The translations under genes were made by a program, and so were the position numbers. This document shows positions 19,904-30,159 of a DNA stretch of 64,000 bases, piece by piece (within the stretch, counting starts at the first letter, position 1; the number at the start of each line of letters is the position of its first letter). This DNA comes from an uncultured virus (IMG/VR IMGVR_UViG_3300020463_002162). Its lineage: Duplodnaviria > Heunggongvirae > Uroviricota > Caudoviricetes. The notes under the pieces were generated by a model that was given only the letters and a program-made list of their open reading frames with translations, was not told where the DNA came from and did no database searches. The DNA lies in the IMG/VR virus record IMGVR_UViG_3300020463_002162; one strand, given 5' to 3'.

Positions 19904-21322
19904 ATGCCAGATTATTTTAAGTACAATCCACAACAAACAACACTAGCCAATGCTACTAATGTTGGCTATATTTCTACAAGAACATCTAAGCCAGGTAGTA
20001 CTATAAGTTCAGGTTATTATGCTGAGAGACCCAGTCCCGGGATTGGCGGTGGTAGAGTCTATTATTTAATAGGTGAAGACATATTTACAGGTATAGGAGC
20101 ATGGAGAAGCCGTGGATGGGAAGATAATGCTACAAAAAGTAAAGCACTATCTCGAGCATCTATAAAATATGAAAGTCGTAATCCTGGTAGAGGTGAATGG
20201 ATAGTTATGAGAAGTGGTACTGTAGAGGTTGATAGAGTTTTTCTAGAAACAATTGTCAATAAAGCTGACAGCTATAATGATGGTCTAACCTTATACAGTT
20301 CCGTCTTAAGTGCAAATACACAACCAGTAAGAGACTCATTGTCGTTGACTCAGGGTAATTTAATTAAGTCTTCCGATAGTAAAAAACCAATTAGTTGTTT
20401 TGGAAATAACGATAATGCTATCGTAGCTCCATGGGCTCATAGAGGTTACAAGTATGGTTATCGTTCTAATAGGTATGGTAATACAACTGCTTACTTCTTT
20501 GCTAAAGAAGCATGTACGGTTAATTACTATGAAGCCGCTTCCGGTGGTAATGTAGCAAAACCAGCTACTCCTACAGCAACAATATCTTTATCTGCTGGAG
20601 TAGTAACAACATATACGAACTCAGTAGAGGACTGTACTCAATGGTATGAGTCTGACCATAAATTTGTAATGTCAACTGTAGAAGGCAATGGTGGTGATGA
20701 AGTTGTACTATGTCCATCAGACTATATTGTATATTGTGGACCAGACGACCCCTACTATGGAAATCAAAGTGGAGGAACAACAGGTGTAACAGAAGGAAAC
20801 TATTATGTGTATAATAATACTTTTGCTGACTTAGTATGGGCAAGTCATTCTGGTGATGGAGCAGGTGGTGATGCTGAACAACATTTAGGTTTTTGTTATC
20901 TTTCTAACGAATATGCGTGGTGTGCACAATTAGGTGACTATTATATTGTAGCTCCATTTAATCCAACTACAATCTATGTACAAGCTTGGTATAATAATCA
21001 ATGGAACTTATTTCAGACACATACTTCTAGTGGTAGTCCAACATTACCGACTAGGTTTGAAGTAGACGGTGATTTCGATGGTAGTTTTAATAGAGGTGGT
21101 GGTGCAGCACATTTCGTAGATCCATCTGGAAATGAAATTACAAAATTCAAGTGGTCAGCAACTAAGCCATTCTTTTTACGTATTAATGATACTTCACATG
21201 ATGAAGAACCATTAAGAGGTTGGTGTGGTTCAGGTACTTATGCTGAAGAATTATTTAGCTCGGGTTCTATACTTTACGACTCTATTGTTACTAAGTTTAG
21301 AGAAGAGTGGCATACCTCGTAA
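19904..21322 (+). CDS. Probable virion structural protein (Gly/Tyr/Ser-rich beta protein)
   Basis: 472-aa ORF with composition similar to the fibre proteins; no family recognised. Confidence 0.55.
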   Translation: MPDYFKYNPQQTTLANATNVGYISTRTSKPGSTISSGYYAERPSPGIGGGRVYYLIGEDIFTGIGAWRSRGWEDNATKSKALSRASIKYESRNPGRGEWIVMRSGTVEVDRVFLETIVNKADSYNDGLTLYSSVLSANTQPVRDSLSLTQGNLIKSSDSKKPISCFGNNDNAIVAPWAHRGYKYGYRSNRYGNTTAYFFAKEACTVNYYEAASGGNVAKPATPTATISLSAGVVTTYTNSVEDCTQWYESDHKFVMSTVEGNGGDEVVLCPSDYIVYCGPDDPYYGNQSGGTTGVTEGNYYVYNNTFADLVWASHSGDGAGGDAEQHLGFCYLSNEYAWCAQLGDYYIVAPFNPTTIYVQAWYNNQWNLFQTHTSSGSPTLPTRFEVDGDFDGSFNRGGGAAHFVDPSGNEITKFKWSATKPFFLRINDTSHDEEPLRGWCGSGTYAEELFSSGSILYDSIVTKFREEWHTS

Positions 21323-21358
21323 ACCTTTTCTAATTTTCTCATATAATAATTAAATTAG

Positions 21359-22261
21359 TTGAACACTTTTAAAATGAAGAATTATATGAGTTTTTCGAAT
21401 ACATTCAAAAACATTATCCACCATATAGATGAAACTGGTGAGGAGTCTCAACCAAGAGACCTAAAAGTAAAAGAAGCGATTCTTTCAAATTTTATTATTG
21501 ACCCAAGAGCACCTATTGCTAATTTTCCACAAAGAAAATTCAATTGGAAATACTTAGCAGGTGAATTAGCATGGTATTTAAAGCAAGACAGAGATGTTGG
21601 CTATATCGGTGCATTCTCAAACTTTTGGTCTCATATTACTAATCCAGGTTCTAATGAAATTAATTCTAACTATGGTTCCTTAGTTTTTAACGCTAAGCAA
21701 TTTGGTTGGGTTGTAGATTCACTTGTTGCTGATAAAAATAGCAGACAAGCTATTATGTTCTTTAACAATCCTGAATTTCAATTTGAAGGCAATAAAGATT
21801 TCGTATGTACAATGTACGCGAACTTCTTTATTAGGAATGGTCTTCTTAATATGAAGATTCAAATGCGTTCTAATGACATTTTCTATGGTCTTACGTTTGA
21901 CGCACCATTCTTTGCATTCTTACAACAGTCAGTATTTTTAAAATTAAAAGAAACTTACCCTGATCTTGAGTTAGGTATGTATTATCACTTTGCTGATAAC
22001 TTACATTACTATGAAAGACACTTTGAGTTAGCAGATCAAATCAAGGATGAAGATGAAGATACATTAGCAGCAAATGAAAGTTTATTCTTATTGAGAAAAC
22101 CTTTCTTAGACTATGATGGAGATTCAGTATCGCTAACAGATGACGCAGTTAATTTTATTAACGAGGTAGATGGCAGTATTAAAGAAGATGGCACAACAGA
22201 TGCTACTAAAGAAGACTACAAAGCTATTCTAGATAAATACTTTGTAATCAATGGAGAATAA
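21359..22261 (+). CDS. Second thymidylate-synthase-family enzyme, dCMP hydroxymethylase/methylase-like (probable start ATG 21374)
   Basis: GELAWY, NSNYG, SRQA, KDFVCT, MRSND..YGLTFD, NLHYYERH; Asp where ThyA has Asn. Confidence 0.8.
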   Translation: MNTFKMKNYMSFSNTFKNIIHHIDETGEESQPRDLKVKEAILSNFIIDPRAPIANFPQRKFNWKYLAGELAWYLKQDRDVGYIGAFSNFWSHITNPGSNEINSNYGSLVFNAKQFGWVVDSLVADKNSRQAIMFFNNPEFQFEGNKDFVCTMYANFFIRNGLLNMKIQMRSNDIFYGLTFDAPFFAFLQQSVFLKLKETYPDLELGMYYHFADNLHYYERHFELADQIKDEDEDTLAANESLFLLRKPFLDYDGDSVSLTDDAVNFINEVDGSIKEDGTTDATKEDYKAILDKYFVINGE

Positions 22262-22556
22262 GATTCCAGAAATACACATTGACCCAAAGGCTTTAGAGTC
22301 AGATTTTGAAATGCTTCTAATGTCTAAATACGATATATTTTTTAGAAGAATTGTAGAATTCGTACTAGAAAGGCTAGAGGGAAAAGAAACTTCTGAATTA
22401 TTAGCCATATTAATAGATGACGACGGCGAGAAATATAACATGGATCTCCCAAGAAAAGGTTACAAGAAAAGTTTGAATAAAGCAAATAAGTATTTTGAAA
22501 AGATTGAGGAATATGAAACATGTGACTTAATCAAACAAATGTTAAAACAACTATGA
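22251..22556 (+). CDS. Small protein with a C-terminal UVR-like motif
   Basis: YFEKIEEYETCDLIK. Confidence 0.7.
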   Translation: MENKIPEIHIDPKALESDFEMLLMSKYDIFFRRIVEFVLERLEGKETSELLAILIDDDGEKYNMDLPRKGYKKSLNKANKYFEKIEEYETCDLIKQMLKQL

Positions 22557-23230
22557 ATTACTTCCCAAAAGAAAAAGAATTTGAAAGGTACGCTAAGTCA
22601 GAGCATAATATAAGCTCTAATACATTAGACCTTTACAGTAAGCAATCCTCACTAACTCCATATATCTTAGAGGAAAGAGAGATGAGAATGACACAAATGG
22701 ATATATTCTCAAGATTAATGGTAGATAGACTATTATGGGTTGCTGGACCTGTTAACGATAACATGTCTACAATTGTTCAAGCTCAGTTGATGTTTTTATC
22801 TTCAACTGGTGGGGAAGACATTACAATGCATATCGATTCACCTGGTGGATCTGTTAAGTCAGGTTTATCAATGGTTGACGTTATGGAATACATTCCAAAT
22901 GATATTAAAACAATTAATACTGGAATGGCAGCTTCTATGGGTTCGGTACTCTTAGGAGCAGGGACGAAGGGCAAAAGATCTTCATTAAGACATTCACAAA
23001 CAATGTTACACCAATCCTCGGGAGGGTTCAGAGGTAACATCCAAGATGCAGAAATTGATTGGAAAGAATGGCAAAAGTTAAATGATGAGTTATTTGTCTT
23101 ACTGGGTTCTTATTGCGACAAGGATCCGAAACAAGTTAAAGAAGATGCTCAACGTGATTTCTGGTTAAGCGCTGACGAGGCAATCAAATACGGCATCATT
23201 GATGAAATTATCAAATCACAAAAGAAATGA
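22553..23230 (+). CDS. clpP: ATP-dependent Clp protease proteolytic subunit
   Basis: DIFSRLM.DR, IDSPGGSV, GMAASMG, MLHQ, RDFWLSA.EA..YG. Confidence 0.95.
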   Translation: MNYFPKEKEFERYAKSEHNISSNTLDLYSKQSSLTPYILEEREMRMTQMDIFSRLMVDRLLWVAGPVNDNMSTIVQAQLMFLSSTGGEDITMHIDSPGGSVKSGLSMVDVMEYIPNDIKTINTGMAASMGSVLLGAGTKGKRSSLRHSQTMLHQSSGGFRGNIQDAEIDWKEWQKLNDELFVLLGSYCDKDPKQVKEDAQRDFWLSADEAIKYGIIDEIIKSQKK

Positions 23231-23541
23231 GTAAAAGACAACAGACCAAAGAGGTTTTTGTAGAACTGGTTAATCTTCAGCTCAAACCACATAAGAAGAC
23301 TTATGAAGATGTTCAAGGAGATCCGGAGTGGTATATGAGGTATAAGACTACTAGAAAGGCGGAGGCTGCGTTTCAAAAGAAAGCTGTAGAAATTCTTAGG
23401 AACAAGATGAAGATGTCTAAGAAGTTAGCAGAACGCGAAATGAGCTGGTTCATACTACAATGGGGTTTAACAACAACTGATACTATTGTTTCATTAGAAA
23501 AAGAAGCTAGTAAAATTATTGAGGTTAAAAAAGGTGACTAG
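23227..23541 (+). CDS. Hypothetical protein
   Basis: ATGA overlap with clpP. Confidence 0.7.
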   Translation: MSKRQQTKEVFVELVNLQLKPHKKTYEDVQGDPEWYMRYKTTRKAEAAFQKKAVEILRNKMKMSKKLAEREMSWFILQWGLTTTDTIVSLEKEASKIIEVKKGD

Positions 23542-23770
23542 AGAAGATAGACAGAAGCTAGACCCTAGATACACTAAGAAAATTATGATATTACAGAAGT
23601 TAGACTACAGAGGTAGGTCCAAGTTCTTTATTATGCATAAACCAACAAGATTTTCAAAACCAAATTATCAGGACGTTCCAAAATACGATAGAGTAAGATA
23701 TACTCTAAAGTCTGCAGAAACAGTTGCATTTAAGCTTATTAAGAATTACGAAAAGTATTTTATGCTCTAA
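23519..23770 (+). CDS. Basic hypothetical protein (start possibly GTG 23534)
   Basis: ORF within the operon. Confidence 0.6.
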   Translation: MRLKKVTREDRQKLDPRYTKKIMILQKLDYRGRSKFFIMHKPTRFSKPNYQDVPKYDRVRYTLKSAETVAFKLIKNYEKYFML

Positions 23771-23808
23771 TATGGAATGTGCGACTTGCTAAACTGAATA
23801 AATAAAAC

Positions 23809-24507
23809 ATGAGCAAGTTAATTACACCGAAATGGATCGAGCAAGGTCCGAATGACGTAGAATACAAAACGTATAAGTTCTTACAGAGAGTTAAAGAGTT
23901 AGATCAGTTAATTGACCACTCTTTAATGTCAGCTCTATGGGAAATAGATGATACGTTAGACTACCTATATAGATATGATGCTGTAAAGCAGACAACAACA
24001 GTACCTAGTATTGAATTCATGGGCTTTCCTTGGGAAGACATAGAATTAGTCTTCACTTCTAAAGAAGAATTAGAAACAGATATTATTGTTGATGCAATTT
24101 ACGAAGAAGCTATTGATAAATTTGAAGAGCTCCATAATAAATGTAGAAAGGAATGGAGACTTATTGAAGATGGACTTAAATGCTCTTATATAGGAGATAA
24201 AAGGTATTTTCTATCTGGTGGTTTTGTTTTTATTACGACTCCAGATTCTAAGCTCCATATATACTTTTTTAATAAGCCAAGTAGAAATTGGTCTATGTCT
24301 TGGAAAGATTTCAAGATGCAGCATATTAAAACAGAAACATACAACGAAGACGAGTATTTCAAAACTTTAGAAGAGTTAAGTGCGAAGAAATCTGATAGAA
24401 TTTTAATCAAGGCAGATTTAAAAAATCACACCAAGCTGGAAGGCCATGCTATCACCATCATAAATAGTACGGTGTTTTCGCTATTACGTAGAGACTACGC
24501 GTTTTAA
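23809..24507 (+). CDS. Hypothetical protein
   Basis: 232-aa ORF with AATAAATA upstream. Confidence 0.75.
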   Translation: MSKLITPKWIEQGPNDVEYKTYKFLQRVKELDQLIDHSLMSALWEIDDTLDYLYRYDAVKQTTTVPSIEFMGFPWEDIELVFTSKEELETDIIVDAIYEEAIDKFEELHNKCRKEWRLIEDGLKCSYIGDKRYFLSGGFVFITTPDSKLHIYFFNKPSRNWSMSWKDFKMQHIKTETYNEDEYFKTLEELSAKKSDRILIKADLKNHTKLEGHAITIINSTVFSLLRRDYAF

Positions 24508-24511
24508 TGTT

Positions 24512-24519
24512 GATATATA
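24512..24519 (+). promoter_or_regulatory. GATANATA late-type promoter motif; other copies at 7109, 9412, 30100, 31804, 34627, 45065, 45996, 50209, 53314, 53404 and on the minus strand at 15368, 61084
   Basis: Recurrent intergenic octamer upstream of structural genes; resembles the T4 late promoter TATAAATA. Confidence 0.7.
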
Positions 24520-24550
24520 ATACAAGCAATAAAAAAATTAGACTATAATT

Positions 24551-27500
24551 ATGCCAAATGTAAACTCCCAAGGAATAATCGCAGTTTCTCCTGAGATAAT
24601 CAATATAATCAGAGGGCAACAAGCGAACGTTACTATTACACTACATAAAGATTTTGTAGGTAACGGAATTACGATTGGTGCAATCACAGATGTGGTTCTC
24701 GAGTACGTTAACACAGACAATCAAGTTTTTAAAACACAATCTAAGCAGGCAAATAATTTAGTTTTTGGAGCAGCTAACTCTGATGCAAAAAATCAGATTA
24801 GCATAACAATATCCGCTTCAGAAACAGCTGCATTACCATTAGAAGACAACAATGTCAATGGTGAGTGTTTTTTTAGATTAAAAGTAACTGAAGGTATTTC
24901 AGAAGTAACATTACCTCTTTTAAAGTTAGGTAATGTATACGATGCTGGAGACGTAATCGGAGACATCGTTGCATCAAGATATGGAATGCCATCAACAGTT
25001 TATACTGTTGCAGCTGCTTCTACAGCAGGCTATAATGGTGTTAATCCAACACAAGGACAAATCTTATTTAACTCAAGCGTACCTTCTCAGGTAACAGAGT
25101 TTAAGTTAGCCCTTAAAGACGATAAAGGTATTAGAAATACTTATTTCGAAAACTTATTATTAGAAAGATTACAAGTTGATTCTTTAAAATCAACTATCTT
25201 TTTTACAAACGTAAAAAACAATAGTGAATACTCTGTTTACAGATTAATTTCTTTTGAGAGAATTAATGTAACAGATATTGACCCTCTAAACCCAATTTCT
25301 TCAGAAGACGATGATGCTTTAAAACTTGTAGTTGAGTTTGAAACTAACTCAACCACTCCTGGTGAAAACTACGTATTTGGAATTGGTGATAGTTTAGGTC
25401 TATTCTACGAAACTTATTCAAGGTTAGCTGATATTGAAGGTAACGAAGTAAGTGCTAATGGTGCTGTTATTGGTACTGCAGTTAATAAGTGGAGATTCAC
25501 CGGAGCAATAACTGGTCAAACAGGTGCTGCAGGTGAAATACTTATTGATGTAGATAACAATGGTACTTCAGGTTCTTCAGGTACTTCAGGTTCTTCAGGT
25601 ACATCTGGTTCTTCAGGTACATCTGGTGATACAGCTTATGAAGTTTATGCTAACTCAATGGCCAACCCACTTAACGAAAGTGATTGGTTAAACTCTTTAA
25701 TCGGTCCACAAGGTAATGCTGGTAATGACGGTGTCGATGGTACTTCAGGTTCATCTGGTACTTCAGGTGCTGATGGTGCTGCAGGTGCTGATGGTGCTGC
25801 AGGTGCTGATGGTGCTCCTGGTGCCGATGGTGCGGCTGGTGCTCCTGGTAATGACGGTGTTTCTAATATCCCTGGTCCTGACGGTCCTGCTGGTGCTCCT
25901 GGTCCACAAGGTAATCAAGGTCTAGCTGGTAATGATGGAACTTCAGGTTCTTCAGGTACATCTGGTGCAGATTCTACTGTAGCTGGTCCTGTTGGTGCTC
26001 CTGGTGCTGATGGTAGTATTGGTCCACAAGGTAACCCTGGTCAAGCTGGTCAAGATGGTACATCCGGTTCTTCAGGTACATCTGGTGCTGATGGTGCAGC
26101 TGGTGCAGCTGGTGGAGACGGTCCTATTGGTCCACAAGGTAATCCTGGTGGTCCTGGTCAAGATGGTACATCTGGTTCTTCAGGTACTTCAGGTGCTCAA
26201 GGTAATGATGGTGCTCCTGGCGCCGATGGTGCTGTTGGTTCTCCTGGTAATCAAGGTAACCCTGGTGCTCCTGGTGCTGATGGTACTTCAGGTTCTTCAG
26301 GTTCAAGTGGAACATCTGGTTCCTCAGGTACATCTGGTGCAGATTCTAATGTAGCCGGTCCTGTTGGTGCTCCTGGTGCTGATGGTTCTGACGGTGCAGA
26401 CGGTCCTGCTGGTCCAACTGGTCCTGACGGTCCAACTGGTCCACAAGGTTTAAAAGGTGATGCTGGTGATGCTGGTGCAGAAGGTCCAACTGGTCCACAA
26501 GGTCCACAAGGTGCTCCTGGTCAAGCTGGCCAAAACGGTAATGATGGTGTAGATGGTACATCTGGTTCTTCAGGTACATCTGGTGCAGATTCTAATGTAG
26601 CCGGTCCTGCCGGTCCAACTGGTCCCGAGGGTCCAACTGGTCCACAAGGTCCTGAAGGTCCTGCTGGTCCACAAGGTAACGAAGGTGGTTCAGGTGCTGA
26701 TGGAACAAGCGGTTCTTCAGGTACATCTGGTTCTTCAGGTACATCTGGTGCTGATGGTGCTGATGGTGTTTCTAACATCCCTGGTCCTGACGGTCCTGCT
26801 GGTCAAGATGGTACTTCAGGTTCATCTGGTACTTCAGGTTCATCTGGTACATCTGGTGATGCTGGTCCTGCTGGTCCTACCGGTCCAACCGGTCCACAGG
26901 GTACAACTGGTACAGGTATTACAATGAAAGGTTCAGTTGCCAATGTAGGTCAATTACCTCCAAATGGTAACACACAAGGTGACGCATATATTAATCAAAC
27001 AGACGATTCATTATGGATATGGGACGGTTCACAGTGGGTGAGCGGTGGTTCAATTCAAGGTCCTACTGGTCCAACTGGTCCTGAAGGTCCTGTTGGTCCA
27101 CAAGGTAATGCTGGTAATGATGGTAATGATGGTCAGGATGGTACTTCAGGTTCATCTGGTACTTCAGGTATCGATGGTACTCCTGGTGCAGATTCTACTG
27201 TAGAAGGTCCTGCCGGTCCTACTGGTCCTGATGGCGCAGACGGTCCTGCCGGTCCTGCTGGTCAAGATGGTACTTCAGGTTCATCTGGTACTTCAGGTGC
27301 TCAAGGTCCTCAAGGTCAAGCTGGTCCAACCGGTCCAAGTGGTAATGCTGGTCAAGATGGTACATCTGGTTCCTCAGGTACTTCAGGTGCTGAAGGTCCT
27401 GCTGGTCCTGCCGGTCCTACTGGTCCAACCGGTCCTACTGGTTCTGGTGGCGGCGGCGGTGCAACCAAGTACTTATTAAGATTAGAATATGATGTGAACG

Positions 27501-27940
27501 AGAACTTAATTACTAATAACACATCTTTCGTAACTGCAGCAGGCTTTACGACTGCAGGTGCAGGAATTGTAGCTCAAGTTGCAGGCGGTGGTAACTCAGG
27601 TCACACTGTTACACTTAACTTTGGTGAAACTAACCCACCAGTTTCAATCGTAGGTTACGGTTGGAGCCCAAGTACTGGTAACTATGCAGTAACACATTAC
27701 GATAGAGATACAAACCAAGCAACATACGAAGTAGGTCTAGGTGCATTCACAAACCAAGCGACAACAGACGGTGGTTCTGGTGAAGACGGACAATGGGGTG
27801 GTGCTATATTCTCAGGTGCTCAAAACTATAACATTGTGTTAAATGTTGACCAGCCAACATTGCTTTATGCTAATGCTGTTCCTGGTGCATTTGGTAGCCC
27901 TACTAAATTACCACATGCTTACTTAGTATTAACGTTCTAA
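24551..27940 (+). CDS. Collagen-like fibre protein, Pro/Ala/Asp-rich and Lys-poor, with GTSGSSGTS interruptions
   Basis: Long Gly-X-Y tract at about 25560-27450; AYEV..WLNSL.GPQG and LWIWDGSQW motifs typical of phage collagen fibres. Confidence 0.9.
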   Translation: MPNVNSQGIIAVSPEIINIIRGQQANVTITLHKDFVGNGITIGAITDVVLEYVNTDNQVFKTQSKQANNLVFGAANSDAKNQISITISASETAALPLEDNNVNGECFFRLKVTEGISEVTLPLLKLGNVYDAGDVIGDIVASRYGMPSTVYTVAAASTAGYNGVNPTQGQILFNSSVPSQVTEFKLALKDDKGIRNTYFENLLLERLQVDSLKSTIFFTNVKNNSEYSVYRLISFERINVTDIDPLNPISSEDDDALKLVVEFETNSTTPGENYVFGIGDSLGLFYETYSRLADIEGNEVSANGAVIGTAVNKWRFTGAITGQTGAAGEILIDVDNNGTSGSSGTSGSSGTSGSSGTSGDTAYEVYANSMANPLNESDWLNSLIGPQGNAGNDGVDGTSGSSGTSGADGAAGADGAAGADGAPGADGAAGAPGNDGVSNIPGPDGPAGAPGPQGNQGLAGNDGTSGSSGTSGADSTVAGPVGAPGADGSIGPQGNPGQAGQDGTSGSSGTSGADGAAGAAGGDGPIGPQGNPGGPGQDGTSGSSGTSGAQGNDGAPGADGAVGSPGNQGNPGAPGADGTSGSSGSSGTSGSSGTSGADSNVAGPVGAPGADGSDGADGPAGPTGPDGPTGPQGLKGDAGDAGAEGPTGPQGPQGAPGQAGQNGNDGVDGTSGSSGTSGADSNVAGPAGPTGPEGPTGPQGPEGPAGPQGNEGGSGADGTSGSSGTSGSSGTSGADGADGVSNIPGPDGPAGQDGTSGSSGTSGSSGTSGDAGPAGPTGPTGPQGTTGTGITMKGSVANVGQLPPNGNTQGDAYINQTDDSLWIWDGSQWVSGGSIQGPTGPTGPEGPVGPQGNAGNDGNDGQDGTSGSSGTSGIDGTPGADSTVEGPAGPTGPDGADGPAGPAGQDGTSGSSGTSGAQGPQGQAGPTGPSGNAGQDGTSGSSGTSGAEGPAGPAGPTGPTGPTGSGGGGGATKYLLRLEYDVNENLITNNTSFVTAAGFTTAGAGIVAQVAGGGNSGHTVTLNFGETNPPVSIVGYGWSPSTGNYAVTHYDRDTNQATYEVGLGAFTNQATTDGGSGEDGQWGGAIFSGAQNYNIVLNVDQPTLLYANAVPGAFGSPTKLPHAYLVLTF

Positions 27941-27957
27941 GAGTAAATAAATTAATA

Positions 27958-27980
27958 AGGGCGGCTTCGGTCGCCCATTT
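27958..27980 (+). terminator. Hairpin/terminator
   Basis: GGGCGGC-TTCG-GTCGCCC followed by ATTT. Confidence 0.6.
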
Positions 27981-27999
27981 AAAATAGATAAAACAATAA

Positions 28000-29985
28000 A
28001 TGGCAGAGTATAATATAGATAATCCGATTCTATTCATCAAAGGCCAAGTAACTGCTACAGCTTCAGAAAGCAGATACGCTTATGATGATGCTACCGGTTT
28101 AGGCCCAAGTGGTTCTAACATCAGTATTTCATATAATATAACTGTATCTAGTATCGATCCACAATCGATTGGTTCTGATGAAACTAGATCAGGTTCAGGT
28201 AGAGCCTATACAGGTCTAGATATTAAAACAGGTGATTGGGTTACTAATAACACTGGTAAAACATGTTTACAAATAACCGCCATTACTGCAAAGTCTGAAA
28301 CATCGATTTCTTTTACAGCTAAAGATGTTGATGCATTCGTATACAAAAACTACAGAGCAAATGGTTATGCTGCTAATGTTGATGAGGTTGCTTTCTTTGA
28401 AGTATCTGATTCAGGTAAACCTCTAATTGCAGGTGAAGATGCTGCCACATTCTTTGGTGATAAAGTAGCGGCAGACTTATTACAGTCTAGATTTGCAATA
28501 CAAGAAGAGGACGAAAGATTTAGAGTTGAATTTAGTTCAGCTCAGAATAGTATAGAAGAAGGTCAAGTAGTAACTATTGATGCAAATGGTGATTTAGTAC
28601 CATTTGGAACTGCTGGTTCTTCTGATTTTAAATTAGGTTTATTAGTTTCATTATCTTATGGTAATACAATTGCCTACTTAAAACCCTTTAACACAATTAT
28701 AGATGATTTTGCTAAGCCAGAAAAATTAACTGGTTCTAAAGGTGAATTCTACTATGCTTCAACAGTAACTCCAGGAGATATTACAACAAATTCAGCACAA
28801 GGTTCTGATAAATTATATTTCCAATTTAAAGATGCTATCCCTACGGTTATTACGGCAACTACTGTCAACTCTGCAACTGTAGGAGGTGATACATTAATAG
28901 TTAACGGTGTAGCTGCGGTGAGTGGTGCTAGAAACATTGGAGAGATCGTATCTGATATTAACGGTGGCACTGCAACTCACTTTGTGACTGCAACCCAACC
29001 ACTAGGTGAAACAGTTTTAAAATCTTATGATAATGGTTTAAACCCAGCTAATGGTGATATTGTATTAGTAACATCAGTAGACGCTGGTGCTAACAATACA
29101 TATCCAGGGATTACAATTTCAGATGGTAACAATACTGCTAGTGTATCTTTCCAAACTTCGGATAGTACATTCCCTGGAACTGGCGGTGCATACTTAACTG
29201 TATCTGCAACTCAAATGGCAGTAGATATTAATGCAGCTTGTCAAGCAGCTAGTGTAGATATTACAGCTTCTACAGAAGCAAATACAAACGGTGCTAACAA
29301 CTCAACGTATCCTAAATTAGTTTTAACATTAGGTTCAGGTAGTGGTATTACAATTACAGAAGTTGCTGCGGATGCTGCTGGTCAGACATTCGGTGATAAT
29401 GGTGGTAATGGTGGAGCAACTGCAATGCCATTAACTGCAAACTCAACTACTGATAGAACATTAGTCTTAACAAGAGCAGACGGTGGTGATATTCTATTAA
29501 CAGGTGCTGGTACATTCGTTAACGCAAATGGTATTGTATCTTCATCTGCTGGTACTGCAGCTCTATTAGTAATGGTTGAAGATGAAGAAGGTGCTGCATC
29601 ATTTGATGATTCAGATTTACAAGCTTCTATCGATTCATTAGAAATAAGTGCAGCTACTGAAACTGGTGTTTCTACTAAAACAGATAGAAACAAAAACCCA
29701 CAGGCTACTTCTAACGATGGAGACACAACTGGAATTACAATTACTTATACTCCATTCTCTGATTCTGCAGTAACAGTCAAAGTAAACGGTTTACAATGTA
29801 ACGTTGGTGATGGTGCTAAAGATGAAGCAATTTATTTCTCTGCTGATGGTGGTACTACTGCTAAGACTATCGCTAACATTGCAGCTGGTGATACTCTATA
29901 TTGGATGGGTTCACTTGCAGGTTATCAACTAGAAACTGACGATGATATTGATATTGATTACCAAGCGTCATCCAACGACGTCTAA
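28000..29985 (+). CDS. Virion structural protein with one SIDSLE unit and a shared C-terminal module
   Basis: Ala/Thr/Gly-rich; VKVNG...GYQLETDDDIDIDY module shared with 7147 and 30160. Confidence 0.7.
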   Translation: MAEYNIDNPILFIKGQVTATASESRYAYDDATGLGPSGSNISISYNITVSSIDPQSIGSDETRSGSGRAYTGLDIKTGDWVTNNTGKTCLQITAITAKSETSISFTAKDVDAFVYKNYRANGYAANVDEVAFFEVSDSGKPLIAGEDAATFFGDKVAADLLQSRFAIQEEDERFRVEFSSAQNSIEEGQVVTIDANGDLVPFGTAGSSDFKLGLLVSLSYGNTIAYLKPFNTIIDDFAKPEKLTGSKGEFYYASTVTPGDITTNSAQGSDKLYFQFKDAIPTVITATTVNSATVGGDTLIVNGVAAVSGARNIGEIVSDINGGTATHFVTATQPLGETVLKSYDNGLNPANGDIVLVTSVDAGANNTYPGITISDGNNTASVSFQTSDSTFPGTGGAYLTVSATQMAVDINAACQAASVDITASTEANTNGANNSTYPKLVLTLGSGSGITITEVAADAAGQTFGDNGGNGGATAMPLTANSTTDRTLVLTRADGGDILLTGAGTFVNANGIVSSSAGTAALLVMVEDEEGAASFDDSDLQASIDSLEISAATETGVSTKTDRNKNPQATSNDGDTTGITITYTPFSDSAVTVKVNGLQCNVGDGAKDEAIYFSADGGTTAKTIANIAAGDTLYWMGSLAGYQLETDDDIDIDYQASSNDV

Positions 29986-30002
29986 CAATAAGATAATATA
30001 GG

Positions 30003-30027
30003 AAAGCGGCTTTATGCCGCTTTTTTT
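30003..30027 (+). terminator. Intrinsic terminator
   Basis: AAAGCGGC-TTTAT-GCCGCTTT followed by a T-run. Confidence 0.8.
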
Positions 30028-30159
30028 ATGCCCTTTTCATACTCAATAAAAATAATATATTTTTACATGTCCTTTTTGGTAAATGCAATTTTAATTGTAG
30101 ATAGATAAGTATGAGGAGATAATAACATCTCTTTAGGCCTAAATAAACAATTAATTTAT

